From assembly GCA_947630705.1 (NCBI GenBank), contig CANRIK010000002.1, positions 87,524 to 151,523 on the forward strand: 64,000 bases of DNA, read 5' to 3'. The translations under genes and the position numbers were made by a program. The stretch comes from an uncultured Clostridia bacterium (GTDB taxonomy: Bacteria > Bacillota > Clostridia > Christensenellales > Borkfalkiaceae). Shown piece by piece: positions 28,819 through 37,351 of this stretch. The number at the start of each line of letters is the position of its first letter. Position 1 is the stretch's first letter. The notes below the pieces were generated by a model that saw only the letters and a list, made by a program, of their open reading frames with translations, was not told the DNA's origin and made no database searches.

Positions 28819-28992
28819 ATGGCTCACGTTATTTCTGATGAGTGCGTATCCTGCGGAGCTTGTGCAAGCACCTGCCCCGTAGAGGCTATATCGGAGGGCG
28901 CCGATAAGTACGTTGTCAATCCCGACGTATGCATCGATTGCGGCGCTTGCGAAGATGGTTGCCCCACCGGCGCAATTCATCCCGCGGAGTAA
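28819..28992 (+). CDS. 2x[4Fe-4S] ferredoxin (57 aa)
   Basis: Own translation: MAHVISDECVSCGACASTCPVEAISEGADKYVVNPDVCIDCGACEDGCPTGAIHPAE, with two CxxCxxCxxxCP motifs. RBS GGAGGG. Below the track size cut-off. Confidence 0.85.
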   Translation: MAHVISDECVSCGACASTCPVEAISEGADKYVVNPDVCIDCGACEDGCPTGAIHPAE

Positions 28993-29023
28993 ATTTTTGT
29001 AAAGTGGAAGGCGGAGTGTCTGT

Positions 29024-29755
29024 ATGGTGCTCCGTCTTTTTACTTTGCGGAGAGGACAAATGGATCCGACGGAACTTAAAGCCGGTGAAGTTCTCGAAGA
29101 ATTTTACGGGAATAAAAAGATAATACAGAACGTATCGCTGTACAGATTCACGTCCGACAGCATACTTTTGTCGCGCTTTGCGCGCGCAAAGGCCGGCGAC
29201 GCCGTGGCCGATTTCTGTTCGGGCAGCGGAGTTGTCGGGTTTCACTTTCTGTGTCTGAATCCCAAGATATCTTCGCTCACCCTCTTCGAAATGCAGGAAG
29301 AGCTCGCCGAAATGTCCGAGAGAACGGCAAAACTCAACGGCTTCGAATGTGTAGTGGAGCGCATGAAGATACAGGATATTCCGCGCTCCTACGACGATAA
29401 ATTTTCGCTGATACTCTGCAATCCGCCCTACGAGCGCTCCGGCTTTGAAAAAGAGGACTTCAAAAAGGCCGTCTGCCGCAAGGAGATTACCCTCACTCTG
29501 CCCGAACTGACGGAGGCGGCTTACAGAAAGCTGAAATTCGGCGGCAGGTTCGCGGTTTTAAACCGCGCCGACAGAGCCGCGGAGCTCATCTGCCTTTTAA
29601 AGAACAGAAACCTCGAACCGAAGAGATTGCAGTTCGTCTCCGGTTCGCCCGAAGCGAAGCCCTATCTTGTAATGGTAGAGGCGGTGAAGGGAGGCAGAGA
29701 GGGGCTGGACGTCCTTCCCCAGCTTTCGAACGGCGGCGGACAGAACTCATTATGA
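29024..29755 (+). CDS. SAM-dependent methyltransferase, tRNA (adenine-N6) TrmN6/YabB-like
   Basis: SAM motif DFCSGSG and CNPPY catalytic motif. Same slot as B. subtilis yabB. Confidence 0.8.
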   Translation: MVLRLFTLRRGQMDPTELKAGEVLEEFYGNKKIIQNVSLYRFTSDSILLSRFARAKAGDAVADFCSGSGVVGFHFLCLNPKISSLTLFEMQEELAEMSERTAKLNGFECVVERMKIQDIPRSYDDKFSLILCNPPYERSGFEKEDFKKAVCRKEITLTLPELTEAAYRKLKFGGRFAVLNRADRAAELICLLKNRNLEPKRLQFVSGSPEAKPYLVMVEAVKGGREGLDVLPQLSNGGGQNSL

Positions 29756-29814
29756 ACGGCCGATTATTGCCATGGGAATTCCCGTTGATTTAATGAAAAA
29801 TCGTAAATAACTTT

Positions 29815-30618
29815 ATGGTATATTTTATAGCTACGCCGATAGGCAATTTAAAGGATATATCTTTCCGAGCGGTGGAAACTTTAAGAGCCGCCGACATGAT
29901 TTTTTGCGAGGATACCCGTCGTTCGCTGATACTTCTCAACGCTTACGACATAAAAAAGCCGCTGTTTTCCTGTCATAAATTCAACGAGGCGGAGGCTGCC
30001 GAAAAGATTATCTCCGCCGCACGCGAGGGCAAGGAAGTGGCGATTGTTTCCGACGCCGGAACGCCCGTCGTCTCCGACCCCGGCAACGTCGTGTGCTCGG
30101 CGCTTAAAAACGCCGGCGTGCCCTACACCGTAATACCCGGCGCCAACGCCGCAATCACGGCTCTGATACTCTCCGCATTTTCCGCCGAACGCTTTCTGTT
30201 TGTCGGGTTTTTGCCCGAAAAAGTCAAGGAGAAAAAACAACTTCTCGCGACATATAGAGATCTGCCGTGCACACTGATATTTCACGTCGCGCCGCAGGAT
30301 ATCGACAGAGACGTCGCCGCCATTTACGAGGTGTTGGGAGAGCGTTCCGCATGCGCCGTTCGCGAGATAACCAAAATTCACGAAGAGGCAGTAAAATTCA
30401 ACCTTTCGGAGGGCTACAACGGCGAACGAAGGGGAGAATTCGTGATTGTGGTAGAGGGCGCGAAAAAGGCGGATAATCCCCTCAATTCGCTCTCCGAAAG
30501 GGAGCACATTCTGCATTATATGAAGCGGGGAATGGAGAAAAAAGACGCGGTGAAGGAAGCGGCGAAAGACAGGGGAATTTCAAAATCCGAAATGTATAAA
30601 TTTTCAATAGACTTATAA
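29815..30618 (+). CDS. rsmI: 16S rRNA (cytidine1402-2'-O)-methyltransferase RsmI
   Basis: MVYFIATPIGNLKDISFRAVETL...IFCEDTRRS is the tetrapyrrole-methylase-fold RsmI signature. Same slot as B. subtilis yabC. Confidence 0.9.
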   Translation: MVYFIATPIGNLKDISFRAVETLRAADMIFCEDTRRSLILLNAYDIKKPLFSCHKFNEAEAAEKIISAAREGKEVAIVSDAGTPVVSDPGNVVCSALKNAGVPYTVIPGANAAITALILSAFSAERFLFVGFLPEKVKEKKQLLATYRDLPCTLIFHVAPQDIDRDVAAIYEVLGERSACAVREITKIHEEAVKFNLSEGYNGERRGEFVIVVEGAKKADNPLNSLSEREHILHYMKRGMEKKDAVKEAAKDRGISKSEMYKFSIDL

Positions 30619-30640
30619 AAAGATAAAAAGAGGCATACGT

Positions 30641-31702
30641 ATGGAGTTTTTGGAGCTTATAAGAGAACTGTGCGACGCGCGCGGAGTCAGCGGTTTTGAG
30701 GACGAAGCTGTGAGCGTCGTGCGCAAGTATTGCGGCGATTTTGCCGATTTCAAAGAGGACAGCATGCGCAACCTTTATATCTATCCGCGCTACAACAGGG
30801 GCAACCGTCCGCTCGTAATGCTGGACGCTCACTCCGACGAGGTAGGGTTTATGGTGCATGCGATAAAGCCCGACGGCACGTTGAGATTTGTCAATCTCGG
30901 CACTTGGAACGAAAAGGCGCTGTCCTCTTCAAGAGTGCAGATACGTACCCCGAAAGGCTATATAAAGGGCGTGATTTCCGCGATTCCTCCCCATTTTATG
31001 TCAATGGAGCAGAGAATGTCCGCGGTGACGTACGAGAACCTTTCCATAGACGTGGGCGCGACTTCCGCAGAGGAGGCCCTCGCTCTGGGCATAAAAGTGG
31101 GCGCGCCCGTAGTGCCGCTGACTCCGTTCGAATACGACAAAGAGCGCGATCTCATGCACGGCAAGGCCTTTGACGACAGGCTCGGAGCGGCCGCCGTCGC
31201 GGAAATTTTGAAGAGACTGCAAGGCCGCAGTCCCGACGTGGACGTCGTGGGAGTGATTTCCGCGCAGGAAGAGGTCGGTTTGAGGGGCATAAAGGCGGTG
31301 ATGGCAAATATCAAGCCGGACGCGGCAATATGCTTCGAGGGCTGTCCGGCAGACGACACGTTCGCTCCCGAATATCTCGTTCAGGACAGATTGAAGGGCG
31401 GAGTTATGATAAGGCATATGGACAGCACAGTAATCTGTACTCCCCGATTTGTTGAATTTGCGGAAGAGACGGCGAGAGAGGAGGGCATAAAGGTGCAGAT
31501 GGCCGTCCGCACGGGCGGCGGCAACAACGGAGCGTACATTGTTTCGGCAAACGGCGGAACGCCCGTGATAGTGGCCGGAGTGCCCGTGCGCTATATACAC
31601 ACCTTTGATTGCTACGCAACAATGGAGGACGTGGAGTCCAATATCCTTCTGGGACTTTCGACCGTTCAAAGACTTACGGGAGAAATCATTAAAAATTTCT
31701 GA
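30641..31702 (+). CDS. M42-family metallopeptidase (glutamyl aminopeptidase/endoglucanase-like)
   Basis: GVSGFEDE, LDAHSDEVGFMV, AFDDRLG, SAQEEVGLRG blocks. Confidence 0.88.
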   Translation: MEFLELIRELCDARGVSGFEDEAVSVVRKYCGDFADFKEDSMRNLYIYPRYNRGNRPLVMLDAHSDEVGFMVHAIKPDGTLRFVNLGTWNEKALSSSRVQIRTPKGYIKGVISAIPPHFMSMEQRMSAVTYENLSIDVGATSAEEALALGIKVGAPVVPLTPFEYDKERDLMHGKAFDDRLGAAAVAEILKRLQGRSPDVDVVGVISAQEEVGLRGIKAVMANIKPDAAICFEGCPADDTFAPEYLVQDRLKGGVMIRHMDSTVICTPRFVEFAEETAREEGIKVQMAVRTGGGNNGAYIVSANGGTPVIVAGVPVRYIHTFDCYATMEDVESNILLGLSTVQRLTGEIIKNF

Positions 31703-31741
31703 TTTCCGCCGATAAACAGTCTGTTTATTAAAATGCATAAA

Positions 31742-31779
31742 GAGGCCGTGGGGCGCGGATTTGCGCGCCCCACGGCCTC
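31742..31779. terminator. bidirectional terminator
   Basis: GAGGCCGTGGGGCGCG-loop-CGCGCCCCACGGCCTC 16-bp stem between convergent genes. Confidence 0.8.
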
Positions 31780-31917
31780 GTCTCATATAATGATTTCAGA
31801 TTGAATATGTCCTTTTGCATAACCGCGCGTCGGCAATCTGCGGTTAAACTGTGCGGCGGCAATCGCCTGCATAAACCGCGCGGCAAAAACCATATGCCGC
31901 GGCGTGAGGGGCGCCGC

Positions 31918-32994
31918 TCAATAGATAACTTCGGTAATTACTCCGCCGCCGAGACAGGCAAGCTCGTCGTAAAACACGGCGTACTGTCCCTCCGTCACGG
32001 CGCGTTGGGGCTCTTCGAACTCCACGAGCGCTCCGCCGCTCTCCAAAATTACTCTCGCTTGCTGTTCGGGCTGACGATAGCGGAATTTTGCGCCTACGGA
32101 CTGCGTTCGTTGGGGGATATAGCCTATCCAATTAAGATTTTCCACTCTGCACGCGCGCGAATACAGCGGACTTTCGTCGCCGTGGGAAACATACAGAACG
32201 TTCTCTTTCAAATCTTTTTTTATCACGAACCATCTGCCGTCCTCGCCGTGTTTTCCGCCGAGGTTCAGACCTCTTCTCTGGCCGAGGGTGTAATACATAA
32301 GTCCGATATGTTCGCCTACGGCTTCGCCGTCGGCGGTCATTATCTTCCCGGGCTGCGCCGGAAGATAGTCGAGGAGAAATTTTCTGAAATTTCTTTCGCC
32401 TATAAAGCATATGCCCGTGCTGTCTTTCTTCTTTGCGGTGGAGAGTCCGAGCCTTTCGGCGATGGCGCGAACCTCGCTCTTGTTGAGGTCTGCGAGAGGG
32501 AATATTACGTTTTTAAGCTGTTCCTCTCTCACCTGATTGAGAAAATAAGTCTGGTCTTTGGAACAGTCCTTCGCTTTCAGAAGACGCGTCTTGCCTTGCG
32601 CATGCTCTATCTTGCAGTAGTGCCCCGTGGCGATAAGATCTGCGCCCATAGTCATGGCGTATTCGCGGAAGGGCCCGAACTTGATTTCGCGGTTGCAGAG
32701 AACGTCGGGGTTGGGCGTTCTGCCGGCGGAGTATTCCGCTAAAAAGTAGTCGAAAACTCTCCTTTTGTATTGTTCCGCGAAGTTTACGCTGTAATAGGGA
32801 ATTTTAAGGGCGGAGCACACCCTCGTGACGTCGGCAAAGTCCCCGTCCGCGGAACAGGCGCCGGAGGGATCGTTTTCCTCCCAATTCATCATAAAAAGTC
32901 CTATAACGTTGTAGCCTTGCTCTTTCAGAAGATATGCCGCGACCGACGAATCGACGCCGCCGCTCATACCTACGACTACTGTCTCCGACGACAT
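31918..32994 (-). CDS. mnmA: tRNA 2-thiouridine(34) synthase MnmA
   Basis: PP-loop VGMSGGVDSS and conserved Cys blocks. Start at ATG 32994 (AAGGAG 7 nt upstream). Confidence 0.93.
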   Translation of the reverse strand: MSSETVVVGMSGGVDSSVAAYLLKEQGYNVIGLFMMNWEENDPSGACSADGDFADVTRVCSALKIPYYSVNFAEQYKRRVFDYFLAEYSAGRTPNPDVLCNREIKFGPFREYAMTMGADLIATGHYCKIEHAQGKTRLLKAKDCSKDQTYFLNQVREEQLKNVIFPLADLNKSEVRAIAERLGLSTAKKKDSTGICFIGERNFRKFLLDYLPAQPGKIMTADGEAVGEHIGLMYYTLGQRRGLNLGGKHGEDGRWFVIKKDLKENVLYVSHGDESPLYSRACRVENLNWIGYIPQRTQSVGAKFRYRQPEQQARVILESGGALVEFEEPQRAVTEGQYAVFYDELACLGGGVITEVIY

Positions 32995-33038
32995 AAACTT
33001 TCTCCTTTGCAAATAATTATAACATATCGAAATATGGT

Positions 33039-33066
33039 TTGCAATTATTTTGTTTTGTGTTATAAT
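33039..33066 (+). promoter_or_regulatory. promoter of the DUF4250 gene, apparently leaderless
   Basis: TTGCAA, 16 nt, TGtTATAAT, then 6 nt, then ATG 33073. No SD. Confidence 0.5.
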
Positions 33067-33072
33067 CGATAT

Positions 33073-33249
33073 ATGATTTTGCCTGCGGACAACTTTATTC
33101 TGCTTTCTGCGGTCAATACAGCTCTGCGCGACAGATATTCTTCTTTTTCGGAATTCTGCGAAGAAGAGGAGGCGGACGGAGAGGAGATAGTGCGCAGGCT
33201 TGCCGCGTCGGGTTACGAGTACGACCCGTCTGTGAACGCTTTCAGGTAA
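33073..33249 (+). CDS. DUF4250-family small protein
   Basis: 58 aa: MILPADNFILLSAVNTALRDRYSSFSEFCEE...GYEYDPSVNAF, matching the DUF4250 pattern as I recall it. Confidence 0.7.
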   Translation: MILPADNFILLSAVNTALRDRYSSFSEFCEEEEADGEEIVRRLAASGYEYDPSVNAFR

Positions 33250-33254
33250 AAGAT

Positions 33255-33330
33255 GTGCCCGTGGTGGAACTGGATACCATCAGAGCCTCCGACGCTCTCG
33301 GTCCGGGTTCGAGCCCCGGCGGACACACCA
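33255..33330 (+). tRNA. tRNA-Arg (anticodon CCG)
   Basis: Hand-folded 76-nt cloverleaf: acceptor GTGCCCG/CGGACAC (one C-A mismatch at pair 4), D stem GTGG/CCAT, anticodon stem AGAGC/GCTCT with loop CTCCGAC, T arm CCGGG-TTCGAGC-CCCGG, encoded CCA. Confidence 0.85.
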
Positions 33331-33334
33331 GAAC

Positions 33335-33370
33335 GAGCCGACGCAAATTTTTGCGTCGGCTCGTTTCTCT
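33335..33370 (+). terminator. intrinsic terminator after the tRNA
   Basis: GAGCCGACGCAAA-tttt-TGCGTCGGCTC followed by GTTTCTCT. Confidence 0.75.
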
Positions 33371-33515
33371 ATGACGGGAGCGCAAGGGGGTTAGCGAAGG
33401 AGCGCTTTTAATAGAATAATTCGGAATACGGAGAGAAGAGAACATGCTTGACAGAACATGCAGTCGTTGCGGTGAAAAAATTTTCAAAAAAATTTAAACT
33501 TCGGTTATTTTTTTG

Positions 33516-33543
33516 TTGACAAATGCGGCAAGGGTGCTATAAT
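33516..33543 (+). promoter_or_regulatory. feo operon promoter
   Basis: TTGACA, 16 nt, TGcTATAAT (extended -10). Confidence 0.65.
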
Positions 33544-33585
33544 AGACATTGAAAATAAACCATAATTAATTTTATGAGGTGTTAT

Positions 33586-33798
33586 ATGCCTATTGCGATC
33601 GCTCCCACCGGACGGGAACTCCTTGTAAGGAAAGTCGCGGCGGAGGAGAAAATCAAAAAACACTTGCACGAGCTCGGCATTTGCGAGGGAAGTAAAATAA
33701 CCTTGATTTCATCTACGGGCGGCAACGTTATAGTGATAGTAAAAGAGGGCAGGCTCTGCTTGGATAAAACTCTTGCCGGAAAAATTATGGTGGCGTAA
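33586..33798 (+). CDS. feoA: FeoA-family protein
   Basis: SH3-like FeoA pattern (HLHELGICEGSKITL...G.VIV.V). Start at ATG 33586 after GAGGTG. Confidence 0.85.
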   Translation: MPIAIAPTGRELLVRKVAAEEKIKKHLHELGICEGSKITLISSTGGNVIVIVKEGRLCLDKTLAGKIMVA

Positions 33799-33859
33799 GC
33801 CGCTGAATTTTTTCGCCTTAAAACTTTAACTATGGTTAATATTTATTAACGGAGGATAT

Positions 33860-34093
33860 ATGGCTACAAAGTTTCTGAATGATTTTACCGTCGGAGAGAG
33901 CGGTAAAATCAAGAGCGTGTCGGGCGAGGGAAGGATTCGCCGCAGGCTCTTTGACATGGGCGTGACGCCCGGCGCCGAACTGACGATGCGCAAAAAAGCG
34001 CCGCTCGGCGACCCTATCGAAATTACCATACGCGGATACGAGCTTACTTTGAGAAAGGGCGAGGCCGCCTGCGTGGAGGTGGAACTCAAATGA
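33860..34093 (+). CDS. feoA: FeoA-family protein (second copy)
   Basis: GESGKIKSV...RRRLFDMGVTPGAELTM...APLGDPIEI. Overlaps the feoB start by 4 nt. Confidence 0.85.
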   Translation: MATKFLNDFTVGESGKIKSVSGEGRIRRRLFDMGVTPGAELTMRKKAPLGDPIEITIRGYELTLRKGEAACVEVELK

Positions 34094-36372
34094 AGAATTT
34101 TGCATTGGCCGGCAACCCCAACTGCGGAAAGACCACTCTTTTCAACGCGTTGACGGGCGCGACGGCGCACGTGGGCAACTGGCCGGGAGTTACGGTGGAT
34201 AAAAAGGAGGGCGTATACAAGGGAGGCTCTGAAAACGTGGCGATAGTTGACCTGCCGGGAATCTATTCGCTCTCGCCCTATACGCCGGAAGAAGTCATTT
34301 CCCGTAATTTTATTCTCGACGAAAAACCGTCGGGCATAATCAATATAGTGGACGCCACCAACCTCGAAAGAAATCTGTATTTGACTACGCAGATTCTCGA
34401 AATGGACGTACCCGTAATAATAGCCCTGAACATGATGGACGCCGTGGAAAAAGCCGGCGACCGCGTGGACGCAAAGACTTTGGAAAAGGTTTTGGGCGTG
34501 CCGGTAGTGGAGATATCCGCATTGAAGGGAACGGGCATAAAACAGCTTATGGACAGAGCCATAGCCATGCCGTCCGAGAGGAAGGGCTGCACCGTTCTCA
34601 AAGACGCGTTGGGCAGCGAAATTGCCGCCGCTCGCGCGTTCTATGAAGAGAGAGGACAGTCGTCGCCGCTGTTCCATGCAATAAAGCTGCTTGAAAGCGA
34701 CGAAATAGAGCTGCGCACGGAAGGGGCGGAAAAAGCGCTGTCGAGAGCCGTCGGCGGAGCGGATATGGAGGCGGTTATCGCCGACGAGAGATATAAGTAC
34801 ATATCCTCTAATCTGGCTTCGGCAAAGGTCAAGGCCGATAAAGAGGCGCTTACAAAGTCTGACAAAATAGACAGAGTGCTCACTCACCGCATATGGGCGA
34901 TACCCATATTCGTAGTTGTGCTTTTTGCTATTTTCCATCTCACGTTTTCGGAAGATTTGCTGTATATAGGCGCAATCTGCAACGCCGCCGGAAGTCCTCT
35001 TCCCACGGTTGAGGAGCTGGGTTACGAGGGCGCCGCCGCTTCCACGATAGCCGTATTTTACGACGGAGCGGTATTCTCGCCGGGCGTGATACTCTTCAAC
35101 GCTCTCGATACCGCCACTTCCTCGCTGACGGAAGTTATAGCCGCGGCAATGGAGGGCGCCGCCGCAGATTGGGCCACGGGACTCGTATGCGACGGAATAT
35201 TGGGCGGCATATTCGCTGTTTTGGGCTTCCTTCCGCAGATTTTGTTCCTCTTTTTGTTCTTCTCCATTCTCGAAGATACGGGATATATGGCGAGAATAGC
35301 ATTTGTTCTCGACAGGATATTCAGAAGATTCGGGCTCTCGGGCAGGGCGTTCATGCCGATGATTATGGGCTTCGGATGTTCCCTTCCGGCCACAATAAAC
35401 ACTCGAACTCTGGCCGACGAAAAGGAGAGAACAGCCACCATAAGGGTCATTCCGTTCTTCTCGTGCGGCGCAAAACTGCCCATACTTACGGCGATTGCCG
35501 GCGGCATTGTGATGGCGTTCGGCGTGGGCAACGCGGACGTGATAACTTTCCTCATGTATATCCTCGGCGTTTGCACGGCCATAATCGCTGTGCTTTTGAT
35601 GAGGAATACCACCTTGAAGGGAGAGACTCCCCCCTTCATAATGGAGCTTCCGGCGTATCATCTGCCGGGATTCAGAAATTTAATGCTCCATCTTTGGGAT
35701 AAGACGAAACACTTCGTAAAGAAGGCTTTCACAATTATCTTCGCTTCGACTATCGTAATCTGGCTCTTTTCGCATCTCAGCTGGGCGTGGAGATATCTGC
35801 CCGACGAGGAGATGCAGGACTCCATACTTGCCTCGATAGGCATGTTCCTGCAACCCGTATTTACGCCTCTCGGCTTCGGCTCGCAGCTCGGCAACTTCGG
35901 TTGGGTGTTCGCTGTGGCGGCTATAACCGGACTGATTGCAAAGGAGAACGTAATAGCCACCTTTACGACCCTTGCGCTCTGCATAGGCGCGTATGTCGGA
36001 GAGGGCACCGAGGACGGAGTTGAGGAAGTGGTCGGACTTATCAACATAATCGCCGCCGATTCGGGCGTCGCGCAGGGGCAGTTGATTTCGGCGCTCATAG
36101 CCTTTATAGCTTTCAACATGACTACGATACCCTGCTTCGCGGCGTGCGCCACGGCGAGAGCTGAATTGCCGGAAGGCAAATTCAAGTGGACCCTTCTCTT
36201 CTGGGTAGTAACGTCTTACACGGTGGGCACAATAATATATACTGTGGGGAGCTGGTGGTGGACGCTGTTCATCTGGCTTGCCGTATTCGCCGGAATAACG
36301 GCGCTGATCGTTTTGAGAAACCTCGGAAAGTTTGATATATGTTCGGTTTTCCGTCGCAACAAGAGGGAATGA
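34090..36372 (+). CDS. feoB: ferrous iron transporter FeoB
   Basis: N-terminal G-domain GNPNCGKTTLFN, DLPG, NMMD, followed by a polytopic membrane domain. 760 aa. Confidence 0.95.
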   Translation: MKNFALAGNPNCGKTTLFNALTGATAHVGNWPGVTVDKKEGVYKGGSENVAIVDLPGIYSLSPYTPEEVISRNFILDEKPSGIINIVDATNLERNLYLTTQILEMDVPVIIALNMMDAVEKAGDRVDAKTLEKVLGVPVVEISALKGTGIKQLMDRAIAMPSERKGCTVLKDALGSEIAAARAFYEERGQSSPLFHAIKLLESDEIELRTEGAEKALSRAVGGADMEAVIADERYKYISSNLASAKVKADKEALTKSDKIDRVLTHRIWAIPIFVVVLFAIFHLTFSEDLLYIGAICNAAGSPLPTVEELGYEGAAASTIAVFYDGAVFSPGVILFNALDTATSSLTEVIAAAMEGAAADWATGLVCDGILGGIFAVLGFLPQILFLFLFFSILEDTGYMARIAFVLDRIFRRFGLSGRAFMPMIMGFGCSLPATINTRTLADEKERTATIRVIPFFSCGAKLPILTAIAGGIVMAFGVGNADVITFLMYILGVCTAIIAVLLMRNTTLKGETPPFIMELPAYHLPGFRNLMLHLWDKTKHFVKKAFTIIFASTIVIWLFSHLSWAWRYLPDEEMQDSILASIGMFLQPVFTPLGFGSQLGNFGWVFAVAAITGLIAKENVIATFTTLALCIGAYVGEGTEDGVEEVVGLINIIAADSGVAQGQLISALIAFIAFNMTTIPCFAACATARAELPEGKFKWTLLFWVVTSYTVGTIIYTVGSWWWTLFIWLAVFAGITALIVLRNLGKFDICSVFRRNKRE

Positions 36373-36373
36373 T

Positions 36374-36538
36374 ATGAGCGGAGCAGATATTGCCGTAATA
36401 GTTGTGGTGTCGGTGGCGTTTGCCGCCGCCGTCGGAATAATTATATGGCGCAAATTGAAGCACAAGGGCGGCTGTTGCGACTGTGACTGCTGTCACAGCT
36501 GTTCGCAGACCTGCGACAAGTGCAAAAAAGACAAATAG
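36374..36538 (+). CDS. FeoB-associated Cys-rich membrane peptide
   Basis: 54 aa: one TM helix followed by GGCCDCDCCHSCSQTCDKC. Immediately after feoB. Start at ATG 36374. Confidence 0.75.
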   Translation: MSGADIAVIVVVSVAFAAAVGIIIWRKLKHKGGCCDCDCCHSCSQTCDKCKKDK

Positions 36539-36540
36539 AC

Positions 36541-36574
36541 AAACGGCTCGGCGATCGATCGCCGAGCCGTTTTT
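36541..36574 (+). terminator. intrinsic terminator of the feo operon
   Basis: AAACGGCTCGGCGATCGATCGCCGAGCCGTTTTT. Confidence 0.8.
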
Positions 36575-36792
36575 ATGCTCTCGGAACGCGTGTGGGCGTT
36601 TTTTGTTTTTCGGGCGGTTCCCGATTTGTTCCGGCTTGCCGCACGGGGAGCAAACGATGGCCGGATAAATGCTTTTCCGCGCAAACGGACGGGAAACTTT
36701 GTCATGCTCCCAAAAAGCAGAAGAGCTGGCAACAAGAAGCGCAAAAGGTAAAAATTTACGCGCAGAATTTCTTATTTTATGCCGAAAAATCT

Positions 36793-36821
36793 TTGTCTTT
36801 TTACAATTAGTCTGTTATAAT
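36793..36821 (+). promoter_or_regulatory. hydrogenase operon promoter
   Basis: TTGTCT, 17 nt, TGtTATAAT. Confidence 0.5.
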
Positions 36822-36861
36822 GAATCAGTATTAAAATATTTATTGAATCAGGAGTGAATCA

Positions 36862-37350
36862 ATGACAGAAATAACCTTTGAGGGCACGCCCGAACAGGCG
36901 GCCGCCCTGAAAAACTGTATTGACGAGCATCGCGGCGAAGCCGGCGCGCTTATGCCTGTTTTGCACGAGGCGCAGAACATTTACGGCTATCTGCCCTTCG
37001 AAGTTCAGACGGTTATAGCCGAAGAGCTGAACGTCTCGCTTGCAGAGGTATACGGAGTAGCTACTTTCTATTCGCAGTTTTCGCTTGCTCCGAAGGGCAA
37101 GCACAAGGTCAGCGTCTGCCTCGGCACCGCCTGCTATGTAAAGGGCTCGGACAAAATTCTCGAAGCTGTCGAAAAACAGCTGGGGATATCCTGCGGCGAA
37201 TGTACGCCCGACAGGAATTTCTCCATTGACAGCTGCCGTTGCGTGGGAGCCTGCGGACTTGCACCCGTCATGATAGTGGACGGCGAAGTTTACGGAAAAC
37301 TTACCGCAAAGGAAGTAGCCGGAATTCTGGGCAAATATTTGGAGGATTGA
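36862..37350 (+). CDS. NuoE-like [2Fe-2S] subunit of bifurcating [FeFe] hydrogenase (HydC)
   Basis: Thioredoxin-like 2Fe-2S Cys pattern C..GTAC...C.C.GAC. First gene of a three-gene cluster. Confidence 0.88.
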   Translation: MTEITFEGTPEQAAALKNCIDEHRGEAGALMPVLHEAQNIYGYLPFEVQTVIAEELNVSLAEVYGVATFYSQFSLAPKGKHKVSVCLGTACYVKGSDKILEAVEKQLGISCGECTPDRNFSIDSCRCVGACGLAPVMIVDGEVYGKLTAKEVAGILGKYLED

Positions 37351-37351
37351 G

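Noticed and set aside
33544-33585. Fur box in the feo promoter region
   Set aside because: The AT-rich stretch GACATTGAAAATAAACCATAATTAATT has only a loose resemblance to GATAATGATAATCATTATC. I cannot support a call without a matrix scan.
33826-35661. 611-aa minus-strand ORF
   Set aside because: It lies antisense to feoA and feoB.
36575-36792. Unassigned 220-bp spacer with several hairpins (for example TCCGGC...GCCGGA) as a possible sRNA
   Set aside because: No promoter/terminator pair or known motif is recognisable, so the evidence is insufficient.
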